From: Podarcis erhardii
Taxonomy: Eukaryota
Assembly: GCA_964252035.1 (NCBI GenBank)
Contig: OZ176201.1
DNA: 64,000 nucleotides
Strand: one strand, 5' to 3'
Shown here: positions 1 through 13,000 of the stretch, piece after piece
Layout of the letters: each line of letters opens with the position of its first letter
Numbering within the stretch: the stretch's first letter is position 1
The notes under the pieces: model-generated
What the model was told of the DNA's origin: nothing
Seen by the model: the letters and a program-made list of their open reading frames with translations, nothing else
Database searches by the model: none
Translations under genes and position numbers: made by a program

Positions 1-102
1 ACCTCCGTGAAGCATGTCTTGATGCTATAAAATATTTGTGGGGCAGGAAGCTGTGCACTGCCACATCCTTTTTTGATGCCTTTTTATCTCTTTTCCCCCC
101 AG

Positions 103-610
103 TATGACTGGTACACAAAGCTCACTTCCGTCGTGGTGGAGATTGTGCCTCGGCAGAGCCAAGGTGTGTATTACAACCGTGCTGGAGCTCCCAGGGGTGT
201 TTGATGGGGTCTGATGGAACCCTGTGGGTGCGCCAAGCATTCCATGTGCAACAACAAGCGAAGCCAAATGTTAGGACCACTGCATATCACACACAGTCAC
301 ATATCTTGTTCAGAATGGCCAACATTTATCACTTCGTTAACTATAGGAGTGTGGAATGTGAAATCTGCCTATAGGGCTGTGGATGGTTTGGGAGAAACAA
401 GGTGGTGTTAAGGAGGAACGAAAGGAGGAGATTCTGGGGCAGTAGGGAAAAGACCTGAGCATTGGGAAAACATGAAAACCAACCACAGGCTGCTCATGGC
501 ACCTTCTCTGTTAGGGTGTCTCTGGAAGCACCCCTTGGAATCTTTCTATATGTGTTGGAAGCCGCCCAGGGTGGCTGGAGCAACCCAGCCAGTGGAGCAT
601 AAATAATAAA

Positions 611-659
<49 letters not shown>

Positions 660-3600
660 GCAGCAGCTTCTTTGCCTGCCTCAAGTTTGGAATCGGCAAT
701 GGCAATTAGGTTCTGTGTCTTCAGCAAGTATTTTTCTACAGAATCTTTTGCCAGTTTTTTTCAGGAATTCAGAATCCACTTCACCATTAGAAAAGCAGGC
801 TCAGTAGGCAGATCCTGGCTGTGGAATATCACGGGGACTGGCTGCAAAGAGGGATTGGGGGGCCTTGGAATATATATGAAGAGAGACAGCATCACGGCTG
901 ACCTTCTCATTAGGCAGGGTGAAGTCACTCGTTATAGGTGGCAGTTTATTATCATTTTTGTTACCCTGAAAGGGCAGGAAATTGCCAATAATTGAATTTA
1001 TTTTTTATCATTTTTACCACTCTGGGGAGTGCCAGTTGGGTTTTTGTTTTGTTTTGTTTTGCCTTGGTGTCAGAATTTCATGGGCTATTTCTGGCTGGCA
1101 TCCATGAAAGGGGCTTATCATGTGGCTTCCTGGCCTAGGGGCATCCCTGTGTTTTCCACCAGAAGGGCAGCTGTTGTTTCAGTGAAGGTGCTTTGTCTCT
1201 TACAGGTGAATTCACTGGGATCTATAGCACAGCACTGTCAGAGCACTGCTGGGCAGCAGACAGCCAGAGGGTTGTGCTGGACACAATTCAACGTAGCAGG
1301 CAGGTAAGAACGAAGCGTAGAGTACCTTGAGCTTCAGACTGAAGCCAGGGGTAGTTCGGGCAAACTAAGCACAAAGGGCACCAATCAAAGGCTTTATTTG
1401 GCAACAGGCAAATTGAATCAGCACATCTAATATCTTTAAACTTCATGGGGATCTCACATTGATCCATATAACAAAGCAAAGGATTATAGCACTATCTGAA
1501 CATTTGGCTCTTTCCAAATAGTGCGGTGGAGAAGGGATTGTTGTGCAAATCTTGCAGAACCTTGCTCGTGTATGTGTGTGTCTCCCCATTGATGAATTGC
1601 AGGACAGCTTGTTGTGTGAGAAGGTGCTTTCTGGATGCAACTGAGAGTAGATCTCTCTCATGCTGTCTTTTCCTCTAGGAGCTGATTGTAGTTGACACAG
1701 TGTCAGGCAGTGTGTGCTCTCTGACCAAGGGTAAGTAGCAAACTCCATAACTTGGCCCTCCATAATTAGTTCCTTCCAGTAACAGCAGTCTATGCTGTGT
1801 CCTGCCACTGCAATCCTCTGATCTTCTGGCAGAAGTGAGTCCTAATTTGTTTAATCTGTTTGGGGCAAAGCTATTCCAAGACAACAGACAAGCCATCTTG
1901 CAGTCTGTTGTTCAGGGAGTTCTTCAGACCTTTGTCATCAGCCAGCACAGTTGGAGATAATTGTATCTGGTGTCCTCACTTGCTTATCTTTTGCTTTTTC
2001 TCCACCCTTTTTAGTATCTCACTATACTGCCTTTGTAAGCATTTGGGTGAAAGATGCATCCCAAGCCAATATATTTATCCTAGTTTCTTAATGCCCACTG
2101 ATCATCCAATGTGAACACCCCCATTGTTCTACTGACCTTTGCTTCACATGCACTGCCCCCTTCTCCAACCCCCTCCAAATTCTGCCAACGCTGCATTCTT
2201 AATTTTAGTTCAGGTTCCAGCCGTCAGCAGTTGGAAATTGGGATGCATCCAACAAAGCGATAACACTTGCAGAATGACTTACGTTTGCACAACAGACCTT
2301 TCCCTATCTCCTTACCCCACGACGACAACCCCCTCCCAAATCTATTCTGGGAGTTTCCCCAAGCCCTGGAGCCGATGCGGGGAGGAGAGTGAGGTGAACC
2401 TCCATTGCACAAGCAGGAGGACTTCTCTGGATACAACCCATTTTGTTGCATATTCCGTCCATTTTTATATATTTTTCCGCATATCAAGTCAGTTTTTCTC
2501 TGCCCCAAAGCTTTGCTCGTATCAGGCCAGCTTGCCCAGGCCTTCAGTGATCAAATGCTAACATACCAGGTCAGAAACAAAGCGGTGAGGGCTGCATACT
2601 CCACCTGAGCACAGAATATGGGTGAAGAGAAAACTTTATTCTTTTACTAACCTAGGTTCCCGTCTTGGAAGCTGGGCCCTGCTCACTGTCGACCAAGATC
2701 TGATGGTGGCCAGATTCTCCACTCCAAACTGCCCTCCCGTGCTTGTAAGTGTCCAGTGGCCAAAGGTTTGGCAGAGGGACCTGGGCTTGACACTCCTCAG
2801 AATTGCTTGTTGCAGTAATTCTAAAATAATACTTCCTGTGCTTTCTGTCACTTTACATTTTGCTTAGGACTATCCAAATATTAAATAGACCAAGCCTGTA
2901 GACTTTGACTTAGGAACTGGTCTGTATCAAATTAATCATTCGGGGCCCCTTTATCCTCAACTTGGAAAGTTATTTTTTTCTTTTTTTAAAAAAAAAAAAT
3001 ATTAGTTTTTCAACACAAATCAAACACAACACAGCATAAGCACATAAACGTACAAAAACATACAAACATATAAACATGTATAATTTCATAACCTTTTTTT
3101 CAATAAACCTTACTTCTCGGACTTCCCCTTCCCTCCCCTTCTCTGCATCCCTGTTTTAAAATTTCTTCAACAACCCTTCAGGCCAATTAACAAATCACTT
3201 ATTTTCTTTTTAAATTTCTTCTCATAATTAATCAATCAATCAATTACAGCTGTAATTCTATATTTTCCTTTCCCTTGACATTTTAGTACTCATCAATATT
3301 GCAACAGTTCTTAAGATATACTTTAAATTTCTTCCAATCTTCTTCCACCGTCTCTTTTTCTTGGTCACGGATTCTGACCAAGTTATTTTTTCGTCTTATG
3401 TCAAAAACTTGTTTGGCTGAGATTTCACAAACTTTGTGGCCAGGATGCAACATCCTGTTAGTTATGTGCTTAACTGATTCTTTTTTTTTGGGGGGGGGGG
3501 GAGGGAATTCTGATGAGGGCAAAATATGAGGCACTGGGCATCATGTTTTGTTGCCTATAGTACAGATTTTTACAGCCAAAGCTGAAACAGCACAGAGGCT

Positions 3601-6600
3601 GTAGGGCCAAGGATTGTCGGCAGTGCAGTGTGTGATGATTAGGAGCCCAGGGACAGAACACAACGTCCACCCCCTGTCCCTGGTATTTCCATTGGGCTTG
3701 CCTCTTTTTTTCTTTTCAAATATCAGACGTGTGCTGCTATTTAGGGGACATGCTCTGCTCCTTATGTTCTGGGTGACCTTGTGTGGTCCGAGTAAGAGAG
3801 ATCTGCTCCAGTGGTGCTGGATTCCTCTATGTCCTCTTGCTGCAGATGGTGGCCTTCCTGCCTCCTGCTGGCAAGGAAGCTGAAGTTAACTGGGTGTGCC
3901 TGGAAGAAGCCAGCCCAATTCAAGAAATCTCTTGGGATGTCCGTACCCTGCAGCCTCCTCCAGAACAGGACAACCCCCAGTATGGTGAGGGGCCAGAGAA
4001 AAAGAATTGGACAGACATTGCCAGAGATCAAGGAATTTCATTCCCTGCTTTGAGCCGGGGAAGAAATTGGGGCATTGAGGCTGTGATAAGCAGATTGTGG
4101 GAGGAAATGGACACCACTCACTTACGCTAGATCTGCCATTGCAGGGAGATGGAATTATCCTCCTCTCCTTCCCCTGTGTATTGTTCTGGGAAGTTCTCCT
4201 GACCCTCCACAGCAGATTGGAGGGAAGCACAGGGGGAAAGGCCTGTTGCTCTAGTGGGAGCCCTTGCGTTGACTTCTGTGAGTGCACTGGGTTAGTTGAA
4301 TCTAGGCCTTTGTGCCTGATTTTCACCAGATCTGCAAACTGTGGTCTTTCCTCACAGCGGGCCTCAGTTTTGAAGCCATCCTACTCCGGCCCACTCAGGA
4401 GCCAAAGAAGGCCAAGTTTCCATTAGTGGTGTCACCCCATGGTAAGTGCTTTGTCTTCATCGCTCCCTTCCCCTCATTCAAGGCACAGGCCCTTCATCTC
4501 ACTGGCACTCCCGTCTTCTCCTTTGCAGGAGGCCCACACTCGGTGTTCACCACCAGCTGGATGCTGTACCCAGCACTGCTCTGTCGGATGGGGTTTGCTG
4601 TGCTGCTGGGTAAGTGGTGGCCCAGAGCATTCTCAGTCACCCAGTGGGCTGCCGGGGTCTCAGTTTATCTTTGAATAGGGCATCACAATTAGGAGACTGG
4701 ACTGTCAATGGATCCTCTCCCATGACAGCAGTAAATGACTGCAGCGTGGTCCAAATAATTTGGCCTTTTCCTGTCTAGTCCAGTCTGTCTCAGTTGCTCA
4801 ACAGGTGTGCTATGGGAGTGACACTGGAGGAGAAATGACAGTAGTCAAGTTCAGGTAGCAGGTAGGGAGAGCTGGAGATTCCTGCCATGGTATCATCCTT
4901 CCATTAGAGGAAGCTATGACGATAGACTGCTCTGCCTCCTTTCTTTTAGCAAATGCTTTGTGCCACTGGGAAAGTGGTAATTCTGCATTGATTTGTTTTG
5001 GATGTTTGTATGTGATGCCAATAAAAGGTTTGATGATGATGATTAGAGGAAGCATCCTCCTGCCCAGTGATTCTGCAACCTGGTTGAGCAGAGTGACACC
5101 TCCTTGGAGAGCAGGAGGCTCAGCTCTAGCAAAGAACTGGAGATCTCAATGAGCTTGTTTTTCTCCCTTCCCTAAGTGAATTACCGAGGATCACTAGGCT
5201 TTGGCCAGGACAGTGTGGACTCCCTTCCAGGGAAAGTGGGCAGTCAGGATGTCAAGGATGTGCAGGTAAGAGGGTTTCAGTCCCCCTTTCCAGGGCAAGC
5301 GGGGGGGGGGGGTGGAGCTGTAGATTTTTTCACTGGTGGGAAGATGCTGCAGTGCGGTTTTCCCCGCTGCTGCACCCACCGCCTTCTTTGCAGTTCTGTG
5401 TGGAACAGGTGCTACAGGAGGAACTGACGGATCCACAGAGAGTGGCTGTGTTTGGTGGCTCCCATGGAGGCTTCCTATCCTGCCATCTCATCGGCCAGTA
5501 CCCTGGCACCTACAAGGCTTGTGTGGCCAGGAATCCTGTGGTCAACGTGGCCTCCATGGTCGGAAGCACTGACATCCCTGACTGGTGCGTACCAAAGGCA
5601 GCCTGAGCAGCTGCAGTTTCTCCTTCATGCCTGTGGCTACTGTAATGAGGACACAAGAAGGCCCATACACTCCTGCATCCTATTCTCCCAGTGACCAACC
5701 AGCTGCTGATGGGGACCTGCAAACATGACCCAAGGGCAAGAGCACTCTCCCAAGGTGGTTCCCAACAATCGGTATTCAGAGACGTACCACCTCACGGTGA
5801 ACACACCCATCGTGGCTAGTAGCTATTGATAGTCTTAACACACACATACCATGAATTAATTGAATTGTCCTTTAAAACCATCCAAGTTGGTGACCATCAC
5901 TATATTCCATAGTTTTAATTTGTTTATTTATTTACCCATTTATAATCTGCACTTTCATAAAATGCACTGGTCCCAATGTACAGGGTTTACCCCGCTTTCT
6001 GCACCTGTCAGCTGGAAGAACTTTCCATTTATTCCTGCTCTCTGCTTCCCGTTCCCTCTGTTTTGATACCTGCTGTGCTGCTACTCCTAGGTGCCTGACG
6101 GAGGCTGGCTTACCGTATGACCAGACTGCCCTCCCAGATCCCAGGCAAGGGGCAGAGATGCTGCTTTGTTCACCTATGCAATACGTTGACAAGGTACAAT
6201 ACACACAGACCTTCCCTCTCCACATCCATTGGTCCAAGAACTCCATGATTTCGCTACTTCGTTTTCAGAGCTTTGGTTTTTCCACCTGCCTTGATATCTT
6301 TGCCCTTTTTCCTCCTTAGGTTCAGACACCTGTTCTTTTAATGATAGGAGAGGAAGATAGACGTGTACCCCCCAAGCAAGGCTTGGAGTATTACCGTGCT
6401 CTCAAGGCCAAGGGTGTCCCAACCCGGTAAGCATAATAGGCAAACAATGCAAAGGAGCTGGCTGAAAGGAGGCTCTGTAGGGACAAAGGGGTGGTGGTCA
6501 AGAGGCTAGAAATATATGTGACTGGGTTAGGAGGGGAGAATTGTGTTTGGGTAGAAGGTCTGGCAAGAGAGAGTGGTGTGAAAAATAACCGCATTACACC

Positions 6601-6729
6601 TAATATTTGTGTCTCTCTCTTTCTAGGATGCTGCTTTATCCGGGCAATAACCATTCGCTCTCTGGTGTGGAGGCCGAGGCAGACGGTTTCATGAATATTG
6701 CACTCTGGCTGATCCAGCACTTGAAATGA
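103..6729 (+). CDS. APEH: Acylamino-acid-releasing enzyme (acylpeptide hydrolase), 3' part (exons equivalent to 11-22; 5' exons lie left of the window)
   Basis: AG/GT-bounded exons in a continuous frame: 103-163 ([20 protein letters not shown]), 1206-1303, 1679-1730, 2656-2744, 3846-3984, 4358-4441, 4529-4609 (GGPHSVF), 5177-5265 ([12 protein letters not shown]), 5394-5584 (GGSHGG nucleophile), 6091-6193, 6320-6426 (GEEDRRVP, Asp), 6627-6729 (YPGNNHSL, His; TGA). The peptide closely resembles vertebrate APEH and the Ser-Asp-His triad is intact. Confidence 0.95.
545..660 (+). mobile_element. L2-type LINE 3' tail with (TTA)n microsatellite
   Basis: gccgcccagggtggctggagcaacccagcc...ataaataataaa followed by (TTA)n at 611-659; same tail at ~16900-16960 and inverted at the window end. 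Confidence 0.55.
2985..3490 (-). mobile_element. L1-clade LINE 3' end
   Basis: Minus-strand peptide ...[23 protein letters not shown] resembles an ORF2 C-terminus; purine-rich 3' UTR and A/T tail. Confidence 0.6.
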
Positions 6730-7063
6730 TAACTACAGAAGCTGGCCTACTCCTTTTGTAACCCGCTTCCATACTAATAAGCAGCGTGGCCAGCCAACAT
6801 AATCCAAGGCACTTCAATTCCAAACAGCCACCATAGGGACTGGTTACTCTGGTATTCATGTCATCCAGAACTTGAATAAGTACATGGCAGAGGTCACCTT
6901 CATCACACACTTTGTCAGATCTTGCCCTCTGATAAGTAGTTCCACCATAGCAGGTGGCTTATTTGGAGGTGTCAGGTGCTGGGTACTGATTTTTGAATCT
7001 CTGTCTTTAGCCTTAGTCTTTGGGGACAACAGGTAAACTACAAAGACTCCTGCTGCAAAAGTA

Positions 7064-7069
7064 AATAAA
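7064..7069 (+). terminator. Candidate polyadenylation signal of APEH
   Basis: AATAAA about 335 nt after the APEH stop codon. Confidence 0.5.
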
Positions 7070-8059
7070 ACACACCTGATTGTCTAAGACTGCTTGCTCC
7101 TGACTTTTGAGAGGCTGACTTGCAAAGTGTAATTCTTTATAGAGATTGGGAACAACTGGGGCTTGTCAACTACTGAGATACAAACTTTATTGGAGAGTAC
7201 TGGATATTTTTTTGAAGAAGAGATAACAGGACTAGCAATTTTTTGACTCAAAGGGAAAAGAGGCAATTCACAAAGAGGATTTGTGGAATGTAATGCTCAA
7301 CTGTTGCTTTTGCTCTTCAGAACTCCTCCCATCCAGCTTACAGCTACAGATGTCACCAGGAACTAAATCCCAAACTGATCATAGTGCATATGAACCTCTC
7401 ATGCTGTGTTGTCTCAGGACAAATTCCTGCTTGACACTCTGCTATATAATTTTTCTCTTGTATATACAGGCACTGTTTTCTCTGGTGCTTCCTGATACAT
7501 TATCATGGAAGTAGACTCTACAATTGGTCTTTCTTTTGAGTAGAGGGGGAATTCAGAGACCCTTTACCCTATCTGCTGCTGGTTTCTGTTGGGAACTGAG
7601 AGGTGGACTATCAATAGCCACCTTAACATTCTTGTTATTTTCATTGGCTTTGTCCCATCCCTTGTCAATTTCCCCCGATTATTATTATTATTATTATTAA
7701 AATGTCTATACCACCTGTCATCCAAGGATCATAGGGCAGTTTACAGTATAAAACCCCAAAACACAGTAACAAACATAACAACACACACCAGTTTAAAAGG
7801 CCATAGAATGTCTAATTAGCCTTGAATTCTTGAAAATGCAAGTATTTTTTCATTATTTATCTATCCATTTAAGAAACCTTAAATGGAACAGGAGGACATC
7901 TGATATTAATGTACTTGAGTGTATCACTAATTACCACCATTCTTTCTAAAAACATCCTGTTAAAGTTCCTGTTCACCTGTTCCTTCAGTTCTGCTTTACA
8001 TAAGCCCCAAAGTAGCCAAAAACCTTCAAGACAGATTGGGTATTGTTAATACTTCCTGG

Positions 8060-8290
8060 GCTTTGAAGATGCTCAAACTCAGGACAAAAGGGAGAAACTT
8101 ACTAAGAGGAAGGCATATTTGGCAAACCCTCGCCATGATCAACTCCCGCCCGGAAACCTATGTCCCCTCTGTGGAAGGACATGTGGATCCAGAATTGGCC
8201 TCCACAGTCACTTACGGACTCACTGTTAAACCATGTTTATGGAAGACCATCCTACTTGGCTACGAGTGATTGCCAAAGAAGAAGACTACC
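8060..8290 (+). mobile_element. RTE-clade LINE 3' fragment
   Basis: Homologous to inverted 23330-23480; ends gagtgat..caaagaagaag. Confidence 0.55.
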
Positions 8291-9299
8291 TTCATTTGTA
8301 AGACAACCACTTTTGGTTGGGTTGGGAGCCTGTGGCTCTCCCATTGTTGTTGAACTCCAGCTCTCCTCACCCCCATCTATCATGGCCAATAGGTAGGGTG
8401 TCCCTGTAGGGGCCAAAGGTTCCTCATTCCTTTCTTAAGATAGCTGCTTTGCATTTGTGCTGGGAACCAAGTAACCAGATTTTGTATTCCTACTAAATAG
8501 AAGATAGTGTAGGATTAACCATGCCACAATTTCCCAGTATTTTTGCCATTTTCATTCCAAGGGCTTGGGTCAGATTAAAATGTATTTTGATTCTCATGCT
8601 GTGTTCTGTTGGTTAAATTGTCCACTTAGGCCAGTGAACAGAGCTACAATTTAACTTGAATCTCCTATATTCACAGTCTGCCTCCTGTATCCCACTGCTT
8701 TTTCAGCAGTGCTGCATAAGAGTAATTGGTTGCATCCTTTGCGTTCTCCATAGGCTGTAAATGAAAGTGTTGTAACAAATGAAACGTTGCCAAGAGACCG
8801 CTACTGAAAGCACCACCCTGATCCCATCGCCTTCCTTTAGTTCTGCTGCTGCTTCCAGGGGATTGACCTTCCGTTGAGAAAATGTCTTGAGGGAGATGCA
8901 CACACCAGTATGACTTGTTAAATTGTGCGCAGTTGTGGGTGAGACAGCATGAGCTTATCTGATATATATAACACCAGGTTCCCTCACAGCAGGGGACTAT
9001 AGAATGGAGATTGGGGTCTGGGGCTAGGAGCGAGTTTTATTCACAGCAGCTGGTGTTCGAGCGTCTGTGTAATTGCGTTCTCGTCACCTGTGCGGTTTCC
9101 CTTCCTTCATCACATTGTTTTACTCTCGCCCTTCCAAGCAGCTTGCGGCAGGGCAGCGTGCAAGCGTGGTTCTCACGTACCCAGCAACCCTGCAGGTCAG
9201 CTGAAGTGAGTGAATGGTTATGAGAAAAAGGAAGAAGCAAAACTTTGTTGTTGTGGTTGCCTTTATTATGGGCAGGGAGGGAGACCCCCGATACAGTCA

Positions 9300-10000
9300 G
9301 TTCTCAGTGGGATCCTGCGCGTCTCACAGGGATCAGAAACAGCGCCGTCGAACACAAGCCTCCCCTTCGCGTGTATCTTTAAGTTTAGTTGCCTGCCTGG
9401 AAAAAAGGGAGCGGCGGGATCGGGGGCAAGAAAGGCCGCCACCCCTTCGGCTGGGCCTTCCCAGCAGGGATTTCCAGGGGGAACCGCGAGCAGAGGCCTG
9501 GCTCTGTCCCCGCCTCCTCTCCCCGCCCGGCCAATGGCCGTCGGCACCGCCCGCTTCCCGCCCGTGCGCTGTGGCCGCCCTGCTGTCCCGGGACAAGCGC
9601 CTCTCGGGCTGTTTCGGGGAAACTTCCAGGGCGATGGCTTCTAGAGCGGAGCGGGCGGAAGAGGCGGTGAGGCTGCGGAGCAGGGGAGGAGGGCGCTGGG
9701 GAAGCAGGTGCCGCCGGGCAAGCGCCTCCATTTGCCCTGAATAACGCCGCCTCTTCTCTCCTTCTAGCCTCCAGCGGGGTCGGGTCCTCTGGGCGCCCTG
9801 TACCGGGAGCTGAGCGGGTTTCCCCGCGTGACTTATGCCAGTGTAGGAGTCGGGTTTGCTGCCTGCGGCGGCGCTGCTGAGTGCCTGCCCCTCTACACGG
9901 GTGAGCCAGTTGCGCGGGTTGGGCGCTCTCCTCTCCCGGACCCCGCTTCAGAAAAGCCGAGCTTGTGTGGACAAGCCCAGTGGGAGGTCGGGCTGAGCTG
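9300..10000 (+). promoter_or_regulatory. CpG island / promoter of the APEH-like paralog
   Basis: Sharp local rise in GC and CpG, with GC boxes (ccccgccc ~9521) and CCAAT (~9531) upstream of ATG 9634; covers exons 1-2. Confidence 0.8.
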
Positions 10001-13000
10001 TTGATGGGCGGGCAGTTTCCCTCCCCATTCTCTTTTCGACGGGCATCAGCACTGCTCCATTAAAAACACTGTCACATGGAATTAAAGTAGTGAACAGCAT
10101 GTTGCAAGTGACTCAAGCCCACGCTGGGGAATAGACTAGGTTTATAAACCCAGAGAGTCTTCTGCTGGTTTCCTCACTTCCAGAAGTGAAGTTACACAGG
10201 GACTTTTCTGTAGTAGTGGCTCCGTCCCAGTGGGAACACCTTCCCTTCAGGTGTCAAGGAAACAAACAACTATCTGACTTTTGGTGCTTTTTGAGTCTGG
10301 TTATATATATACCTGGTCCTTTGCTGTTAATCAGTTGTTTTAAAAGCAAATATTAATATGCAGTGCCATCCGCTTTGGGCATCTCAGACCCCGAGCCAGT
10401 TAAACATGGAGTTGCAGTGGCCTTCCATTTGAACTATACAAATTCCTTCCAGTAGCACCTTAAAGACCAACTAAGTCAGTTCTTGGTATGAGCTTTCGTG
10501 TGCATGCACACTTCTTCAGATACAACAAGGCTACCTATCTGTAACTGTCATTTGAACTATGTCACAGAGAGAGGTTGACATAAGACAGCCAGGACACCTC
10601 TTACTTGGTAGCAGATGAGAAAAATATTGGATTGCCCCCCCCCCATCTCTTGCCTGTTACACCTCTGGGATTAGAAGTATCATGGCATGGAGGTCAGAAA
10701 ACTAAGTTGCCTTTTCAACAACCTGCCTCCATTGGGGCCTTGTCTTAGGTCCGGAGGAGAGGAGTTGGCCCAGTCATTTAGAAACTCTCAGGTGTGTTGT
10801 AATCATATGCACTGCAAAAAGCTGACTTCACTGTGTAAGAATAACACCATCCCAGCCCATACATCTCAAGTTTGCAGTTACTTCCAAGTTAAAAGATGAT
10901 GTGTAATTTATAAAAAGAAAAAGAAAATTATCACATATGCTGAATGCAAGGGGGGTGGGGAGTGGCTGCCCCCTTTCTATATGGTAAAGTAAGAGACTTG
11001 TGTATAATGTCAAATTAGGAGCCAAATATTATAAGTAACATGATTTGAGACTGTGGTTAAAAAAGCTATGTGCTGTCAGGCCTTGCAGCATCTCATGGCA
11101 ACTGACAGTTTTCCTGCAGTGAAAGAGATGTTTAGGATGGGTTGTCACTGCCCACTTGCTCTACTGGCAGGAAGTAGAATCCTCCAGGAGGGGTTACCTG
11201 AGTGGGCTGGGCAACCTCTTTCAATATGCTAATATTCAAGCCTGAAAACTCTTGAGAACTATGATCAGTAATGTGGCAACCAAGAGCTGTAAGGGAGGAA
11301 AGCTTAATGGGCTGGATTGTAACAGTAGCTAAGAAATGAAGACAAGAGAGATGGCCGTATAGATAGGGAAATAAGAGAGGGAAACCCCTCTCCAGACTGC
11401 AGGATAAGGACCCCTGTTTTAAGTATGCTGATGGTACTCATCTTTATACACCTGGTTGTGGCTGATCCTAGTACCTGCAGTAGCAAAATATTACAACAGG
11501 GCAGGCCAACACCCCTTCTCACTGCAGAAACAGAGCTTAACACAAAGTCCAACATTCTCTTTTCCTTCATTGGAGGAGGGGAGTTTAGGATGAGTTTGGG
11601 TGCAAACTATGTCCCTGTGACCTGAAGGAAGCCTTTGCTGACACATATTAGCCCAGAGGCAGCTCTGGTAGAGGTGGCAGCTCTGCAAATCTGCCCTAGG
11701 AGAGCCTTGGTCCCAAATGTGGCAGGTGCTGCTACACTTCTGGTGAAGTGTACTATGATGCTCTGGTGTCCTTGCCTTGAACAGAGCCCTCCAAAAATAT
11801 TGAAAAAGTTGCTATCTCAATATTTCCCATTAGTTTTCTCTGACACACAGAAAAATAAGTATATTTCCACTTTTGCTGCTCTGCCTGGTGTTGGTGAGAG
11901 TGGAAAGCCAGGCAGTTGGGTCTTGAGCATATGTAGAAGTTAGGTCCCAGTCCCACTCAATGAGGCTGTTAAGATAAAGCTGCAAAGTGGGCCAAGAATC
12001 TCACAGCCTAATTTGTATCTAATGCTAATGATTTCCAGCTATCTGTAGAATGTCAAGTGTCTGTTCTCAGTTAGAAAAATGTCACTTATGCTGAATTTGT
12101 AGCATGAAAGAGGATGATAACTGCATTATGTGTGACCTCTAAACAATGATAAGCAAAAACGTCTCTTGAAATTACCAATTCCAGAAGTCTTTAGTGAGAC
12201 CCGTTACACATGCTGTTTACTTGCAATTTCAGTTCTGATGAGCTGCACTTCCCCTAAATGTCTCTAAACACAGTTAACTGTCATCTCTCACAAGATTAAT
12301 TCTGAATAAAAAAATTCCTTCCAGTAGCACCTTAAGGACCAACTGAGTTAGTTCTAGGTATGAGCTTTCGTGTGCATGCACACTTCTTCAGATACGTCAA
12401 AACAAAATAAAAAAATTCCTTCCAGTAGCACCTTAAGGACCAACTGAGTTAGTTCTAGGTATGAGCTTTCGTGTGCATGCACAGTATCTGAAGAAGTGTG
12501 CATGCACACGAAAGCTCATACCTAGAACTAACTCAGTTGGTCCTTAAGGTGCTACTGGAAGGAATTTTTTTATTTTGTTTTGACCATGGCAGACCAACAC
12601 GGCTACCTATCTGTAACAAGATTAATTCTGGTATAACACATTCTCAACTCCTTTATTGCTGGATGAGGTGCTCTTTCTCCCCGTAGCTCTACAGTCAGTT
12701 CTCCATTTCTGAACTCTGGTTATCTTAATCATGGTGTCTTGGAGCAGAATCGGTGTCTCTGTCTTGCTGGCTTTCTGGACTTTGTGCTTCCCACAGAATT
12801 CCACATAAAATTCAGAAACAGCAGTACTACACACTGGGATAGGAGATTCCAAGGCTCAGATACCCGGTCTTACCTCCCTCCTTTCCTGCAGAGTGGTGCC
12901 AGCCTGACCTGGGGCGCCGTCAGAAGCTGCATTTCAGCCGTCAGTATATCCTACACCACAATAGCAGAGCAATTGTCTCCGTTACTCCTGTTGGCGTTCC

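Noticed and set aside
494-727. Poly-Asn and poly-Ile ORFs
   Set aside because: Translations of a (TTA)n microsatellite at a LINE tail.
8671-8903. Minus-strand 66-76-aa ORFs near the CpG island (possible divergent gene)
   Set aside because: No recognisable domain and no convincing splice-site pair.
9214-9744. Overlapping 130-176-aa ORFs on both strands
   Set aside because: Stop-poor GC-rich CpG island; only ATG 9634 to donor 9667 fits the APEH-like gene.
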